A DNA stretch of 44,065 nt from Methylophilus sp. (GCA_036402395.1 DASWSZ010000133.1:1-44065); one strand, 5' to 3'. Counted from the first letter of the stretch, positions 10,721 through 24,557 are shown. Numbers and translations are program-made. Notes: a model not told the origin generated them from the sequence alone.

Positions 10721-11337
10721 CGGAGGCTGCATTATTAGCCAACGGTATTGCCGAGATGGGGCTGGCTGTTTCTGAATATGCCCAGCAACAATTATTACAA
10801 TACCTCGCCTTGCTACAAAAGTGGAACAAAGTCTATAACCTCACAGCCGTGCGGCAGCCGCAAGACATGGTGACACTACATTTGCTAGATAGCTTAAGTG
10901 TGCTGCCTTATGTTGGTCATCAAAATTTGCTAGATGTTGGTAGTGGTGCTGGCTTACCCGGAATTGTCATGGCGATTTGTAAGCCAGAACTGGCGGTGAC
11001 GACCATAGATACAGTACAGAAAAAAGCCATTTTTATGCGTCAAGTTAAAGGTGAGTTGGGCTTGGATAATTTAACTGTGGTGCATGCGCGCGTAGAAAAT
11101 TATCAGCCGCCAGCGCCTTTTGCACAAATCATTTCTAGAGCATTTTCCGACATTGCGCTGTTTACCCAACTAACCCAGCATTTGATTGCAAGAAATGGGC
11201 AATGGCTGGCGATGAAAGGCTTGGTACCTACGCAGGAATTTGTTGGCTTAACCTTGCAGCCCAATCAAATCATCCCGCTGCAGGTGGCGGGTTTAAACGC
11301 AGAGCGTCATTTGATTGTAATGCACCATGATCACTAA
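10717..11337 (+). CDS. rsmG: 16S rRNA m7G527 methyltransferase RsmG (GidB)
   Basis: [29 protein letters not shown] and SRAF; ATGA overlap with the mnmG stop. Confidence 0.97.
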   Translation: MTEAALLANGIAEMGLAVSEYAQQQLLQYLALLQKWNKVYNLTAVRQPQDMVTLHLLDSLSVLPYVGHQNLLDVGSGAGLPGIVMAICKPELAVTTIDTVQKKAIFMRQVKGELGLDNLTVVHARVENYQPPAPFAQIISRAFSDIALFTQLTQHLIARNGQWLAMKGLVPTQEFVGLTLQPNQIIPLQVAGLNAERHLIVMHHDH

Positions 11338-11352
11338 TATGCTGAGATGCAA

Positions 11353-11476
11353 TAGACATTCATTTTTACGTGATGGGATGCATGAAGCCGCGCAACGAGT
11401 GACGCAGACATATCATGGGTATAGGCTAGGAATGCGCGAGCACGCGACGCAACAGGTCGAGCGTAAAATGGATTTA
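11353..11476 (+). repeat. Structured intergenic palindromic element, copy 1 (most diverged)
   Basis: Terminal inverted repeats (ATTCATTTTTACG...CGTAAAATGGAT); core GACGCAGACA-TAT..ATA-GGCTAG. Confidence 0.55.
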
Positions 11477-11489
11477 TAGGGAAGTCTTG

Positions 11490-12251
11490 ATGAAAATATT
11501 AGCGATCACTAATCAAAAAGGTGGTGTAGGTAAAACCACCACTTGTGTGAACTTGGCAGCCAGTCTAGCGGCCAGCGGCAAACAAGTATTGTTGGTGGAT
11601 TTAGACCCGCAAGGCAATGCCAGTACCGGCAGCGGCATTGATAAGGCGCATCTAAAATACAGTGTGTATCACGTATTGATTAACGAAAAGACTATTGCTG
11701 AAGTGGTGGTGAAAAGTGAGCAAGGTGGCTACGATGTGCTGCCATCCAATCGCGAGTTAGCAGGCGCTGAGGTAGAGCTGGTCAATGAGATGGCACGTGA
11801 AACGCGCTTGAAGCAGGCCATCGCTAATATGGGCAATGGTTATGATTACGTGTTGCTAGACTGCCCCCCTGCCCTCAACTTGGTGACGGTCAATGCCTTA
11901 ACCGCTGCCCATTCAGTGATGATTCCTATGCAATGTGAATACTACGCCTTGGAAGGATTATCCGATTTGGTGAATACCATTAAAAAAGTACGTGCGCATT
12001 TAAACCCTATCTTGGAAATCGAAGGCTTGCTGCGCACCATGTTTGATAATCGTAATATGCTGGCCAGTCAAGTGTCTGGGCAATTGGTCAGTCATTTTGG
12101 TAACAAAGTTTATCAAACAGTCATTCCAAGAAATATTCGCCTGGCTGAAGCCCCTAGTTATGGCCTACCGGTGCTGGCGTATGATAAAGCCTCCAAAGGT
12201 GCGATGGCTTATTTAGCCCTAGCGCAAGAAATAATCAATAAGAAACAATAG
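11490..12251 (+). CDS. parA: Chromosome partitioning ATPase ParA (Soj)
   Basis: NQKGGVGKTT deviant Walker A, DLDPQGN, DCPP, QCEYYALEG and IPRNIRLAEAPS. Confidence 0.97.
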   Translation: MKILAITNQKGGVGKTTTCVNLAASLAASGKQVLLVDLDPQGNASTGSGIDKAHLKYSVYHVLINEKTIAEVVVKSEQGGYDVLPSNRELAGAEVELVNEMARETRLKQAIANMGNGYDYVLLDCPPALNLVTVNALTAAHSVMIPMQCEYYALEGLSDLVNTIKKVRAHLNPILEIEGLLRTMFDNRNMLASQVSGQLVSHFGNKVYQTVIPRNIRLAEAPSYGLPVLAYDKASKGAMAYLALAQEIINKKQ

Positions 12252-12275
12252 CTTAATAAAGTAAAGGTTGTTGCA

Positions 12276-13121
12276 ATGGTCAAACCAAAAGGATTAGGTC
12301 GCGGCTTGGATGCCTTACTAGCCGGTGATATGGGCACGGTGGGTGAGGCCGACGCCTTGCGTATGCTACGTGTCAATCAACTGCAGCCCGGCAAATATCA
12401 GCCCCGCTCGTATATGGACGACGAGGCCTTACAAACGCTGGCCGATTCTATTAAAACGCAAGGCATTATGCAGCCTATCTTGGTGCGCGAGACTGCTGCT
12501 GAGCGCTTTGAAATTATCGCCGGCGAGCGGCGTTGGCGCGCCTCGCAACTCGCAGGTTTGGAAGAAGTGCCAGTACTGGTGCGTGAAATTGCCGATGAAG
12601 CCGCGCTGGCGATGGCCTTGATTGAAAATATTCAGCGTGAAAATTTAAACCCGCTAGAAGAAGCGTTGGGCATTAAGCGTTTGATAGATGAGTTTGCCAT
12701 GACGCACGAAAAAGCGGCACAAGCCGTCGGCCGCTCACGGGTGGCGGTGTCTAACTTGTTGCGTTTGCTTACCTTATGTCAGCCGGTACAAGACATGTTG
12801 ATGCACAACAAAATCGATATGGGCCATGCCCGTGCTTTAGTTGGGCTGGAGGCTGCACAACAAGTGATGTTGGCTAATCGTGTGGTGCATGAGGATTTGT
12901 CGGTGCGTCAAATAGAGGCTGCTACCAAGCAGCAAGCGTCTAGCAAAAAAGATAAGCCAGCCCAGCACCATGATGTGGTGGCGTTACAAAATCGTTTAAG
13001 TGATCAATTGGGCGCACAAGTCACCATAGCAGCTAAAGCCAACGGTGCAGGCGTATTAAAAATCAGCTATGGTCATTTAGACCAGCTGGACGACTTGATC
13101 GCAAAACTGACGCAGCGCTAG
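12276..13121 (+). CDS. parB: Chromosome partitioning protein ParB (Spo0J)
   Basis: GLGRGLDALL N-terminal peptide, GERRWRA arginine patch, ENIQRENL and HTH. Confidence 0.97.
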   Translation: MVKPKGLGRGLDALLAGDMGTVGEADALRMLRVNQLQPGKYQPRSYMDDEALQTLADSIKTQGIMQPILVRETAAERFEIIAGERRWRASQLAGLEEVPVLVREIADEAALAMALIENIQRENLNPLEEALGIKRLIDEFAMTHEKAAQAVGRSRVAVSNLLRLLTLCQPVQDMLMHNKIDMGHARALVGLEAAQQVMLANRVVHEDLSVRQIEAATKQQASSKKDKPAQHHDVVALQNRLSDQLGAQVTIAAKANGAGVLKISYGHLDQLDDLIAKLTQR

Positions 13122-13233
13122 ATTCGATAGGTTTGCACCAGAAAAAATACCAGAGCAGAAGAAAATTTGCTTTAAGACTGCGCTAAGTATTTCATTTTGC
13201 TTAAACATTTGTGCGGTTTACGTATATTAACGC

Positions 13234-13262
13234 TTGACTAAAAGCCGGTAATAATTCAGAAT
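13234..13262 (+). promoter_or_regulatory. Putative sigma70 promoter of atp operon
   Basis: TTGACT, 17 nt spacer, CAGAAT upstream of atpI. Confidence 0.5.
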
Positions 13263-13293
13263 CTCGGCTCTTTTGGCATAAGCCCATTTCAAT

Positions 13294-13707
13294 GTGATTG
13301 AAATGAAAAATAGCATGAATCAACCTAATAACGGCTTAGCTACAACTAATATTTACAGCAAAATGATGCGCTGGCAAGTGTCGGCCACTGCGGTTGTGGC
13401 TGTGCTGGCTTACATCTTGAGTGGTGTGCATGCCAGCCTCTCTGTGTTGGCAGGTGGTTTTGCTGTGCTAATCGGCGCGTTTATTGCAGCAAAAATTGCC
13501 GCACGTAGTGAAGGCAATACCGAGCCTACTGCGGTGTTGTTTAATCTGCTGAAAGCAGAGGCCATCAAGATAGTGGTGATTGCCGTGTTGTTGTTTATGA
13601 CGTTTAAGATGTATCAACAGTTAGTGCCATTTGCTTTAATTGCAGGCTTGGCAGCGGCAGCGATATTTTCTGGCGCTGCTCTGGCAAAGTCAGATAAGAC
13701 CATTTGA
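13294..13707 (+). CDS. atpI: ATP synthase protein I
   Basis: Small 4-TM hydrophobic protein with AEAIKIV motif directly before atpB. Start uncertain (13294, 13303 or 13315). Confidence 0.85.
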   Translation: MIEMKNSMNQPNNGLATTNIYSKMMRWQVSATAVVAVLAYILSGVHASLSVLAGGFAVLIGAFIAAKIAARSEGNTEPTAVLFNLLKAEAIKIVVIAVLLFMTFKMYQQLVPFALIAGLAAAAIFSGAALAKSDKTI

Positions 13708-13788
13708 TGGTTGGGCTGGCACCTAGCCACAATGCAGAGCCATATAAGTTTAGTTAATATTATAAAGTTAAGTTAATTTAAGAAAATT

Positions 13789-14622
13789 ATGACGACAGAA
13801 CACGCACAACACGCTGAACAAGCATTGACTCCTGCCAGTTATATTGGCCATCACCTCAGTTTTAATACCTATCCTGTTAGCGAAGGCGCTGGTTTTTGGA
13901 CCTTGCATGTCGATACGTTTGTCATGTCTGTAGCGCTAGGTTTGTTGGTGATGGGGTTGATCTGGCTGGTGGCGCGCAAGGCGACGGCCGGTGTGCCTAC
14001 TAAAGGCCAAGCCTTTGTAGAGTTGGTATTTGCTTTTATCGACGACCAAGTTAAAAATATTTTCCACGGCAACCGCCACAGTTTTATTGCGCCTACTGCC
14101 CTCACCGTGTTTTTATGGGTATTTGCCATGAACTCTATGGACTTCTTGCCCGTAGATTGGGTGGCTAGCATCGTTTCATTGATTGGCGGCGAACACGCTA
14201 AATGGCGCGCGGTACCTACATCAGACATCAACACGACATTCGCCTTGGCTCTGTCTGTATGGATTTTAATGATTTATTTCTCGATTAAAGTCAAAGGCTT
14301 AGGCGGCTGGATACATGAATTATTCTGCTCGCCATTCGGCAGCAAAATCTGGGTATGGCCAGCCAATTTCTTGTTCAACTTAATCGAATACGTGTCAAAA
14401 CCACTGTCGCACTCATTGCGTTTGTTCGGCAATATGTATGCCGGTGAGGTGATTTTCTTACTATTGGGCTTGTGGGCCACCACTGGTTTAACCGGCATCG
14501 TCGCTGGTGCAATCTTAGGTGCTGGTTGGTCTATCTTCCATATCTTAATCGTTGCTTTGCAAGCGTTTATTTTTATGATGTTGACAGTAGTGTATCTGGC
14601 GATGGCGCACGAATCACACTAG
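13789..14622 (+). CDS. atpB: F0F1 ATP synthase subunit a
   Basis: [18 protein letters not shown] (essential Arg) and LQAFIFMML. Confidence 0.98.
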   Translation: MTTEHAQHAEQALTPASYIGHHLSFNTYPVSEGAGFWTLHVDTFVMSVALGLLVMGLIWLVARKATAGVPTKGQAFVELVFAFIDDQVKNIFHGNRHSFIAPTALTVFLWVFAMNSMDFLPVDWVASIVSLIGGEHAKWRAVPTSDINTTFALALSVWILMIYFSIKVKGLGGWIHELFCSPFGSKIWVWPANFLFNLIEYVSKPLSHSLRLFGNMYAGEVIFLLLGLWATTGLTGIVAGAILGAGWSIFHILIVALQAFIFMMLTVVYLAMAHESH

Positions 14623-14654
14623 TGATTTAACAAATTTTTTGTAGTTAGTTTTGA

Positions 14655-14966
<312 letters not shown>

Positions 14967-15036
14967 TTTAAGCGACTGATAATTCGGTTTAAGCCGTGCT
15001 TAAACCTTATTTAACGACTCATCAAATGGATCAAAA

Positions 15037-15507
15037 ATGAACATTAACTTTACACTAATCGCACAAGCTATCGCATTTGCCGTGTTGATTTGGTTCACAG
15101 TGAAATTCGTTTGGCCACCGCTGTTAAAAGCGATAGAAACACGCCAAAAGGAAATCGCTGATGGCTTAGCTGCTGCACAAGAAGGCCGTAGTGCTTTGGA
15201 AGTGGCCGCTAAAAAATCAGAAGTCACGCTCAATGAAGCCAAACAAAAAGCAACTGAGATTATTGGGCAAGCTGAAAAACGTGCAACGCAAATCATCGAA
15301 GAAGCCAAAGCCAACGCTAAGGTTGAAGGCGACAGAATTGTGACTGGTGCAAAAGCTGAGATTGATCAAGAAGTGAACCGTGCCAAAGAAAGCTTACGCG
15401 CACAAGTTTCTAGTCTTGCCATTGCTGGCGCTGAAAAAATCTTGCGTAAAGAGATTGACGGTAAAGCACACAGCGAAATGCTTTCTAAACTTGCTGCTGA
15501 ACTATAA
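15037..15507 (+). CDS. atpF: F0F1 ATP synthase subunit b
   Basis: [10 protein letters not shown]...KFVWPPL followed by coiled coil; 156 aa. Confidence 0.98.
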   Translation: MNINFTLIAQAIAFAVLIWFTVKFVWPPLLKAIETRQKEIADGLAAAQEGRSALEVAAKKSEVTLNEAKQKATEIIGQAEKRATQIIEEAKANAKVEGDRIVTGAKAEIDQEVNRAKESLRAQVSSLAIAGAEKILRKEIDGKAHSEMLSKLAAEL

Positions 15508-15516
15508 GGATACACA

Positions 15517-16053
15517 ATGGCTGAAATATCAACCATCGCTAGGCCTTATGCAGTTGCTGCTTACAAGCTAGGTAAAGAAAAAAAAGCACTGGCATTATGG
15601 TCTGAGATGTTAGGGTTTGCTGCAGCGGTGGTGAATAACGCGCAGATGAACGCTTACATCCAAGACCCTAAAGTGATTGCGTCTGACTTAGAAGCAACGT
15701 TCTTAAAGGTATGTGGCGATAAACTTAATGTGCACGGTCAAAACTTAATTAAAGTGTTGGTTGAATACGGCCGCCTGTCGATTTTGCCTGCCATTACAGA
15801 GGCTTTTGAAGCATTAAAAGCGCAAGATGAAGGCACCTTGGAGGCACAAATCATCGTGGCAGCTAAACCAAGCGCGGCAGAGACTAAAGATTTGGTGAAG
15901 CGTTTAGAAGCCAAGTTCGGCAAGAAAATAGAAGCCACTGTGTCTGTAGATCCAGAACTCATCGGCGGTATTAAAATTATTGTGGGCGACACCGTGATAG
16001 ATGCGTCCGTCAAAGGTCAGTTACAAAATTTAGCCTATACGCTCACAGCATAA
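15517..16053 (+). CDS. atpH: F0F1 ATP synthase subunit delta
   Basis: TIARPYA and VDPELIGG...GDTVIDASV. Confidence 0.98.
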   Translation: MAEISTIARPYAVAAYKLGKEKKALALWSEMLGFAAAVVNNAQMNAYIQDPKVIASDLEATFLKVCGDKLNVHGQNLIKVLVEYGRLSILPAITEAFEALKAQDEGTLEAQIIVAAKPSAAETKDLVKRLEAKFGKKIEATVSVDPELIGGIKIIVGDTVIDASVKGQLQNLAYTLTA

Positions 16054-16098
16054 GCGCAGGCGAAGCACACTCAAGCAAAGAAAACTTAGGAGCAGCAC

Positions 16099-17640
16099 AT
16101 GCAGTTATCAACATCAGAAATCAGTGAACTGATTAAAAGCAGATTAGAAAATTTTTCTACGACCGCTGAAGCGCGTACACAAGGTACAGTGATTTCAGTG
16201 ACCGACGGTATTGTGCGTATTCACGGTCTGTCTAACGTCATGTCAGGTGAAATGATTGAGTTCCCTGGCAACACCTTTGGTTTAGCCCTTAACTTAGAGC
16301 GCGACTCAGTCGGTGCTGTGGTGTTGGGTGATTACGAACACATTACCGAAGGCGACATCTGTAAATGTACAGGTCGTATTTTGGAAGTGCCAGTAGGCCC
16401 AGAGCTGATTGGCCGTGTAGTCAATGCATTGGGTGCACCTATCGATGGTAAAGGCCCTGTCAATGCGAAAATGACAGACAAGATTGAAAAAGTGGCGCCA
16501 GGCGTGATTGCACGTAAATCAGTGTCACAACCAGTACAAACTGGTTTGAAATCAGTGGATTCTATGGTACCGGTAGGCCGTGGCCAACGTGAGTTGATTA
16601 TTGGTGACCGTCAAACAGGTAAAACAGCAGTTGCGGTGGATGCCATCATCAACCAAAAAGGTCAAAACATGACCTGTATCTACGTAGCGATTGGCCAAAA
16701 GGCTTCTACCATTGCCAACGTGGTACGTAAATTGGAAGAAAACGGCGCCTTGGCTTACACCATCGTGGTGGCTGCTTCTGCTTCTGACTCAGCTGCCTTG
16801 CAATTCTTGGCACCATACGCTGGTTGTACCATGGGTGAATACTTCCGTGACCGTGGTGAAGATGCCTTGATTGTGTATGATGATTTGACCAAACAAGCGA
16901 TTGCTTACCGTCAAATTTCATTGCTATTACGTCGTCCACCAGGCCGTGAAGCGTATCCAGGTGACGTGTTCTACATCCACTCACGTTTGTTAGAGCGTGC
17001 TGCTCGCGTAAACGAAGAGTATGTAGAAAAATTCACTAACGGTGCGGTTAAAGGTAAAACCGGTTCATTGACGGCATTGCCAGTGATTGAAACAGCGGCT
17101 GGTGACGTGTCTGCATTCGTACCAACCAATGTGATTTCAATTACCGATGGTCAGATTTTCTTGGAAACTGACTTGTTTAACGCGGGTATTCGTCCTGCGA
17201 TTAACGCCGGTATTTCAGTGTCTCGCGTGGGTGGTGCTGCACAAACTAAAGTCATCAAAAAATTAGGTGGTGGTGTACGTTTAGCGTTAGCGCAATACCG
17301 TGAATTGGCTGCGTTTGCGCAGTTTGCATCTGATTTGGATGAAGCAACACGCAAACAATTGGACCGCGGTCGTATGTTTACTGAGTTGATGAAACAAGCC
17401 CAGTACGCGCCATTGAGCGTATCTAAAATGGCGATTACTTTATTTGCTGCCAATAAAGGTTACTTTGATGATGTGCCAACCAACAAAGTATTAGCCTTTG
17501 AAAGCGCGTTGCATGGCTTTATGGGTTCTAAATACGCCAAATTGATGGATGGCATTGAAACTAGCAAAGACTTGAGCGGCGATAACGAAAAAGCAGTGGA
17601 AGCGGCGATTCAAGATTTCAAAGCAACGAATGCCTACTAA
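16099..17640 (+). CDS. atpA: F0F1 ATP synthase subunit alpha
   Basis: GDRQTGKT and [15 protein letters not shown]; 513 aa. Confidence 0.99.
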   Translation: MQLSTSEISELIKSRLENFSTTAEARTQGTVISVTDGIVRIHGLSNVMSGEMIEFPGNTFGLALNLERDSVGAVVLGDYEHITEGDICKCTGRILEVPVGPELIGRVVNALGAPIDGKGPVNAKMTDKIEKVAPGVIARKSVSQPVQTGLKSVDSMVPVGRGQRELIIGDRQTGKTAVAVDAIINQKGQNMTCIYVAIGQKASTIANVVRKLEENGALAYTIVVAASASDSAALQFLAPYAGCTMGEYFRDRGEDALIVYDDLTKQAIAYRQISLLLRRPPGREAYPGDVFYIHSRLLERAARVNEEYVEKFTNGAVKGKTGSLTALPVIETAAGDVSAFVPTNVISITDGQIFLETDLFNAGIRPAINAGISVSRVGGAAQTKVIKKLGGGVRLALAQYRELAAFAQFASDLDEATRKQLDRGRMFTELMKQAQYAPLSVSKMAITLFAANKGYFDDVPTNKVLAFESALHGFMGSKYAKLMDGIETSKDLSGDNEKAVEAAIQDFKATNAY

Positions 17641-17665
17641 TTTAACGACTATCTAGGACACGCAA

Positions 17666-18604
17666 ATGGCTGGTAGTAAAGAGATTAGAACCAAGATCAA
17701 AAGTGTAGAAAATACACGTAAGATCACCAAGGCGATGGAAATGGTGGCCGCTTCTAAAATGCGTAAAGCGCAAGATAGAATGCGCGCTAGCCGTCCATAT
17801 GCTGAGAAAATTCGTAATGTAGCTGCACATTTGTCACTGGCGCATTCAGAGTACAAACACCCTTTCTTAGTCAAGCGTGACAACGTCAAGAACGTTGGCA
17901 TTATTGTGGTGAGCTCCGACAAAGGTTTATGTGGTGGCTTAAACACCAACGTGTTGCGCCTGACGGTAAACCAAATGAAAAGCTGGGAAGCAGAAGGCAA
18001 AGCACTGACAGTGAGTGCCATTGGTAACAAGGGTTATGGCTTTATGACCCGCGTTGGCGCCACTGTGAAATCCCATATTACCGGTTTAGGCGATGTGCCA
18101 CATCTGGAAACATTGATAGGGACTATCAAGGTGATGTTGGATGCCTATACCGCGGGTGAAATCGATCAGCTGTTTATTTGCTACACCAAGTTTATCAATA
18201 CCATGAAGCAAGAGCCGGTGATTGAGCAATTGTTACCATTAACGGCAGAGCGCTTAGGTACGCATCCGACCGCAGAAAAAGCGGCCGAACTGACCACATC
18301 AGCGGTGATTAGTAGCGCAGTGGAAATCGGTGCAGCCAAAGGCCACTGGGATTATATCTACGAGCCTGAAGCTAAGCCGGTGATTGATGAGCTGATGGTA
18401 CGTTACATTGAATCATTGGTGTATAACGCCGTGTCTGAAAACATGGCGTCAGAGCAATCATCACGTATGGTGGCGATGAAATCTGCGTCTGATAATGCGA
18501 AGAACGTCATTGGCGAACTAAAGCTGGTGTACAACAAAGCGCGTCAAGCTGCGATTACCAAAGAGATCTCCGAGATCGTTGGCGGCGCGGCGGCAGTCGC
18601 CTAG
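17666..18604 (+). CDS. atpG: F0F1 ATP synthase subunit gamma
   Basis: [23 protein letters not shown] and [16 protein letters not shown]; 312 aa with an internal insertion. Confidence 0.99.
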   Translation: MAGSKEIRTKIKSVENTRKITKAMEMVAASKMRKAQDRMRASRPYAEKIRNVAAHLSLAHSEYKHPFLVKRDNVKNVGIIVVSSDKGLCGGLNTNVLRLTVNQMKSWEAEGKALTVSAIGNKGYGFMTRVGATVKSHITGLGDVPHLETLIGTIKVMLDAYTAGEIDQLFICYTKFINTMKQEPVIEQLLPLTAERLGTHPTAEKAAELTTSAVISSAVEIGAAKGHWDYIYEPEAKPVIDELMVRYIESLVYNAVSENMASEQSSRMVAMKSASDNAKNVIGELKLVYNKARQAAITKEISEIVGGAAAVA

Positions 18605-18636
18605 TAAAGAGCGGTGGTTAAGCAATAAAAGGATAG

Positions 18637-18756
18637 AAACCGTTACGAGAAGTTAAATGGCAAGGCGTTAAGCACGCAAAAACCGAAGATAGTACGTGTA
18701 GTACAGCGAGGTTTTGGGTACTGAACAACACAGCAATTTAATTTCGTAGTAGGTTT
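18637..18756 (+). repeat. Structured intergenic palindromic element, copy 2 (atpG-atpD)
   Basis: Terminal IR AAACCGTTACGAGAAGTTAAAT...ATTTAATTTCGTAGTAGGTTT; core CAAGGCG...CGAAGATA-GTAC-GTGTA-GTAC-AGCGAG...CAACA. Confidence 0.75.
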
Positions 18757-18787
18757 AGAATTTAATTAAACTGACTAATGAAGTTAG

Positions 18788-20364
<1,577 letters not shown>

Positions 20365-20432
20365 CGTGGTGAGCAACATACAAGCCCCCTCGCTACGCTA
20401 ATATATACTTAAGAAGTTTTGGAATTTAAATT

Positions 20433-20858
20433 ATGGCAAATACTGTTCATATCGATGTAGTCAGCGCAGAAGCAAGCATATTCTCAGGTGAAGCTGAGTT
20501 TGTGGTGGCACCTGCCAGTGGTGGCGAAGTAGGTATCTACCCCAATCACGCGCCTATGATATCTACCATCAAACCGGGTGCATTACGCATTAAACAAGCC
20601 AATGTTGAACAAGAAACCTTGATCTTTATTTCTGGCGGTTTGTTAGAAGTACAACCTGGCGTGGTGACGGTGTTAGCGGATACTGCGGTACGTGGTCATG
20701 ATCTAGACGAAGCAAAAGCCATCGCTGCCAAAGAAAAAGCAGAAGAAGCCATGCGCAACAGAACGTCGGATATTGATTATGCCACTGCGCAAGCGGAATT
20801 GTCAGAAGCGGTTGCGCAAATTCAAACGATTGAACGTTTACGTAAAACTACCCATTAA
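20433..20858 (+). CDS. atpC: F0F1 ATP synthase subunit epsilon
   Basis: DVVSAE, GEVGIYPNHAP, GGLLEVQP and VLADTA. Confidence 0.98.
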   Translation: MANTVHIDVVSAEASIFSGEAEFVVAPASGGEVGIYPNHAPMISTIKPGALRIKQANVEQETLIFISGGLLEVQPGVVTVLADTAVRGHDLDEAKAIAAKEKAEEAMRNRTSDIDYATAQAELSEAVAQIQTIERLRKTTH

Positions 20859-20886
20859 TTACGTCAGCTTGCAGATGTGATGTATG

Positions 20887-20912
20887 AAAAGGCAGCTTAG
20901 GCTGCCTTTTTT
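20887..20912 (+). terminator. Rho-independent terminator of atp operon
   Basis: AAAA-GGCAGC-TTAG-GCTGCC-TTTTTT. Confidence 0.9.
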
Positions 20913-20978
20913 GTTTATACTTTCATTGTGCATACACGTTCGTAAGTCTTCAAAATAATTATATGAAATCCAACACAC

Positions 20979-22349
20979 ATGCAGCTACTTAATATCGTGA
21001 TTTTAGCCGCGGGTAAAGGCACTCGCATGCATTCTGACACGCCCAAAGTGCTGCACCATATTGGTAACCAAGCCATATTAGGTCATGTCATCGCCTGCGC
21101 TAAAGCGCTAAAACCGCACAAAATCATCGTGGTGTACGGTTTTGGTGGCGACCTAGTGCGTGAGGCTTTTAAAGATGAAACGATTACATGGGTAGAACAA
21201 GCCGAGCAAAAAGGCACTGGTCATGCCGTGCAGCAAGCCCTACCCTATTTAGATGATGCGGCGAACACCTTAATTTTATTAGGCGATGTGCCTTTAGTGG
21301 ATGTTGACGCTTGTCAACGATTAGTGGCACAGGCCGGACAGCAATTGGTACTACTCACATTTAACAAGGCCGACCCGACTGGCTATGGCCGCATCGTGCG
21401 CGACGCTGCTGACAATGTCATGGCGATTGTCGAGCATAAAGACGCTACAAACGCGCAACGGCTTATTCAAGAAGTGAACACTGGCATCATGGCCATGCCT
21501 AATCAGCAGCTTAAAAGCTGGTTAAGCCGTATTAGCAATCAAAATGCGCAAGGCGAATATTACTTAACTGACATTGTGGCGCTGGCAGTACAGGATGGCG
21601 TTAAAGTCGCAGCAGAAATCACGACGGATGAATGGTCTGTCACCGGCATTAACGCTAAGACTGATTTGGTACAGATAGAGCGCGTATATCAAACACGCAT
21701 AGCGCAGCAACTATTGCAACAAGGCGTGACGCTAAAAGACGCACAACGTATTGATGTGCGTGGCAGTCTGACGTGTGGCCGTGATGTGCAAATTGATGTG
21801 AACTGTATTTTTGAAGGCAATGTCAGCTTGGGTAACCGCGTGCAGATTGGCGCTAATTGTGTCATTAAAAACGCCAGCATCGCGGCAGGTACGCAGATTG
21901 CGCCGTTTACCCATATCGATGATACGCACATCGGTGAAAACAGTCGCATTGGCCCGTTTGCGCGTTTGCGCCCAGGTACTACCTTGGCGGCAGACACACA
22001 TATTGGTAACTTTGTAGAACTGAAAAATGCACAAGTAGACGTAGGCAGTAAAATAAACCATTTAAGTTACGTGGGTGATACTACTGTAGGCAAAAACGTC
22101 AATATTGGCGCTGGTACTATTACGTGCAATTATGACGGTGCGAATAAATTTAGAACGGTGATTGAAGATGACGTGTTTGTCGGGTCTGATACGCAGTTGA
22201 TTGCGCCCGTGACGTTGGGCAAAGGCGCCACGATTGCGGCTGGTTCTACCATTACTAAAAATGCACCGGCAGATGCCTTAACCTTATGCCGTGCCAAAGA
22301 GCAGAAATCGATACCCGGTTGGAAACGGCCGCAGAAAATAAAAAAGTAG
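20979..22349 (+). CDS. glmU: Bifunctional UDP-GlcNAc pyrophosphorylase / glucosamine-1-P N-acetyltransferase
   Basis: ILAAGKGTRM..PKVLH, GEYYLTD, hexapeptide repeats and NYDGANK. Confidence 0.98.
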   Translation: MQLLNIVILAAGKGTRMHSDTPKVLHHIGNQAILGHVIACAKALKPHKIIVVYGFGGDLVREAFKDETITWVEQAEQKGTGHAVQQALPYLDDAANTLILLGDVPLVDVDACQRLVAQAGQQLVLLTFNKADPTGYGRIVRDAADNVMAIVEHKDATNAQRLIQEVNTGIMAMPNQQLKSWLSRISNQNAQGEYYLTDIVALAVQDGVKVAAEITTDEWSVTGINAKTDLVQIERVYQTRIAQQLLQQGVTLKDAQRIDVRGSLTCGRDVQIDVNCIFEGNVSLGNRVQIGANCVIKNASIAAGTQIAPFTHIDDTHIGENSRIGPFARLRPGTTLAADTHIGNFVELKNAQVDVGSKINHLSYVGDTTVGKNVNIGAGTITCNYDGANKFRTVIEDDVFVGSDTQLIAPVTLGKGATIAAGSTITKNAPADALTLCRAKEQKSIPGWKRPQKIKK

Positions 22350-22418
22350 TCTTATAAAAGTCTAATTAAAAAGCCTGACTAAAATACAACTGATCAAGTC
22401 TTAGAAAGCAAACATCCT

Positions 22419-24260
22419 ATGTGTGGAATTGTTGGAGCCATTGCCAAGCGTAACGTTGTGCCGTTACTGATAGAAGGCTTAAGTCGGCTAGAGTATCGCG
22501 GTTATGATTCGGCCGGTGTGGCGATTTTAGACCGCGACATTAAACGCGTACGCGCGGTAGGTCGGGTGTCTGAGCTGCAAATCAAAGCGACCGCTGCTAA
22601 CTTGACAGGCATGCTAGGTATAGGCCACACGCGCTGGGCAACACACGGTGGCGTGACAGAAAGCAACGCACATCCGCATGTCTCCCCTACGCAAGAAACG
22701 CCAAAAATTGCAGTGGTGCATAACGGCATTATTGAAAACTACGACGAGCAACGCGATAAGCTGATGAAACTAGGCTATGTGTTTGCGTCGCAAACCGATA
22801 CCGAAGTGATTGCTCACTTAGTCCATCACCATTATCAAAAAGGCGTTGACCTATTGTCTGCTGTCAAAAAATCGGTGGCAGAACTGACCGGTGCCTTTGC
22901 CATTAGCGTGATTGCCGTAGATAGGCCAGACATGATGGTGTGTGCACGTTTAGGCTGCCCCTTACTGATAGGCTTGGGCGAAGGCGAAAATTTTATTGCC
23001 TCCGATGTGTCAGCGGTATTGTCGGTGACACGTAAAGTCATCTATTTGGAAGACGGCGATGTAGCCACGCTGACTACAGATGCTGTAACCATTTATGGCA
23101 AAGATGGCCAGCTGGCTACGCGTAAAGTACATATGAGTGACGTATCATTGGCTAGTTTAGAACTTGGCCCCTACAGCCACTTTATGCAGAAAGAGATCCA
23201 CGAACAACCACGCGCGCTGACCGATACCATAGAAGCGCTGATTGATGACGGCGCGTTTAGGCCAGAATTGTTTGGAGAAGCCGCAGAGGCGGTATTTAAG
23301 CAAGTCAATAGCGTGCTGATTTTAGCGGCAGGCACCAGCTACTATGCCGGTTTAACCGCTAAATGCTGGATAGAAAGCATCGCCAAAATCCCTTGTAATG
23401 TGGAAATCGCCAGTGAATACCGCTACCGTGTTTCTGTGCCTAATCCTAAACAACTGATCGTCACTATTTCCCAATCTGGCGAAACCTTAGACACGATGGA
23501 AGCGCTTAAACATGCCAAATCATTAGGTCAGCAGTTAAGTTTAGCCATTTGTAATGTGCAAGAAAGCGCCATCCCTCGCGCATCGCAGCTAATTTTTTAT
23601 ACCCGCGCCGGCGCGGAAATTGGCGTCGCGTCTACCAAAGCGTTTACTACGCAATTGGTGGCACTATTTGTGTTGGCCGCCACCTTGGCCAAACAACAAG
23701 ACTTGTTAAGTCCAGAACAAGAGCACGACTATTTAAGCGCACTGCGCCAACTGGCGGGCAGTGTGCAATACGCCTTAAATTTAGAGCCACAAATCCGTGA
23801 GTGGGCTAAACGCTTTGGCGATAAAGAACATGCACTGTTTTTAGGCCGCGGCATCCATTACCCAATTGCCTTAGAAGGCGCGCTTAAACTTAAAGAAATC
23901 TCTTATATCCATGCCGAAGCCTACCCAGCTGGCGAGCTTAAACACGGCCCGCTAGCATTGGTGGACAACAACATGCCGGTGGTGGTGATTGCGCCTAATG
24001 ATACTTTATTGGAAAAAGTAAAATCCAATATGCAAGAAGTGAAAGCGCGTGGCGGCGAGTTATTTGTGTTTGCCGATGCCGACAGTCACTTTAAAGAATC
24101 CGAAGGCGTGCATGTGATCCGTACGCCACGCCACGTGGGCGTGCTCTCGCCTATATTGCATACTATTCCAGTGCAATTGCTGTCATATCATGCTGCGTTA
24201 CTTAAAGGTACAGATGTGGATAAACCTAGGAATTTGGCAAAGAGTGTGACGGTGGAATAG
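22419..24260 (+). CDS. glmS: Glutamine--fructose-6-phosphate aminotransferase
   Basis: MCGIVG (catalytic Cys1), [15 protein letters not shown] and C-terminal [11 protein letters not shown]. Confidence 0.99.
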   Translation: MCGIVGAIAKRNVVPLLIEGLSRLEYRGYDSAGVAILDRDIKRVRAVGRVSELQIKATAANLTGMLGIGHTRWATHGGVTESNAHPHVSPTQETPKIAVVHNGIIENYDEQRDKLMKLGYVFASQTDTEVIAHLVHHHYQKGVDLLSAVKKSVAELTGAFAISVIAVDRPDMMVCARLGCPLLIGLGEGENFIASDVSAVLSVTRKVIYLEDGDVATLTTDAVTIYGKDGQLATRKVHMSDVSLASLELGPYSHFMQKEIHEQPRALTDTIEALIDDGAFRPELFGEAAEAVFKQVNSVLILAAGTSYYAGLTAKCWIESIAKIPCNVEIASEYRYRVSVPNPKQLIVTISQSGETLDTMEALKHAKSLGQQLSLAICNVQESAIPRASQLIFYTRAGAEIGVASTKAFTTQLVALFVLAATLAKQQDLLSPEQEHDYLSALRQLAGSVQYALNLEPQIREWAKRFGDKEHALFLGRGIHYPIALEGALKLKEISYIHAEAYPAGELKHGPLALVDNNMPVVVIAPNDTLLEKVKSNMQEVKARGGELFVFADADSHFKESEGVHVIRTPRHVGVLSPILHTIPVQLLSYHAALLKGTDVDKPRNLAKSVTVE

Positions 24261-24557
24261 CCAATAGTCCTCGTTGAACTAGAGAGCGTATATTTTCATT
24301 AGCAACTCTATCATTAGTTCACGACGCTAGTGCCTATTGGCAGATGCGCCACTCTGCACCAACTTTCTGCTTTCAACTATATACCTGATTGCACTAAAGG
24401 TATTTTCACTAATTATTCATCCCATGCAACATTGTTGCCTTAAGCTATACGCGGGTATAGTATTGATGGCGCAGGCATCTGCCATCAAACGCTAATTATC
24501 TCAGCACAGTGATTAATGGCACTCACATTCAATACACAACATAGAAAGCGCCACCCT

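Noticed and set aside
11789-11804. parS-like GATGGCACGTGAAACG in parA
   Set aside because: Five mismatches; only one arm is near consensus, and it is explained by the encoded MARET peptide.
22355-22400. Imperfect 13-bp direct repeats between glmU and glmS, or a glmS ribozyme
   Set aside because: Low-complexity A-rich matches; the 69-bp spacer is too short for the ribozyme.
24261-24557. Tn7 insertion at the attTn7 site downstream of glmS
   Set aside because: No TGT-initiated Tn7 end, TnsB-site repeats or tns genes. The 10-bp inverted repeat TGGCAGATGC/GCATCTGCCA is too short to support an element.
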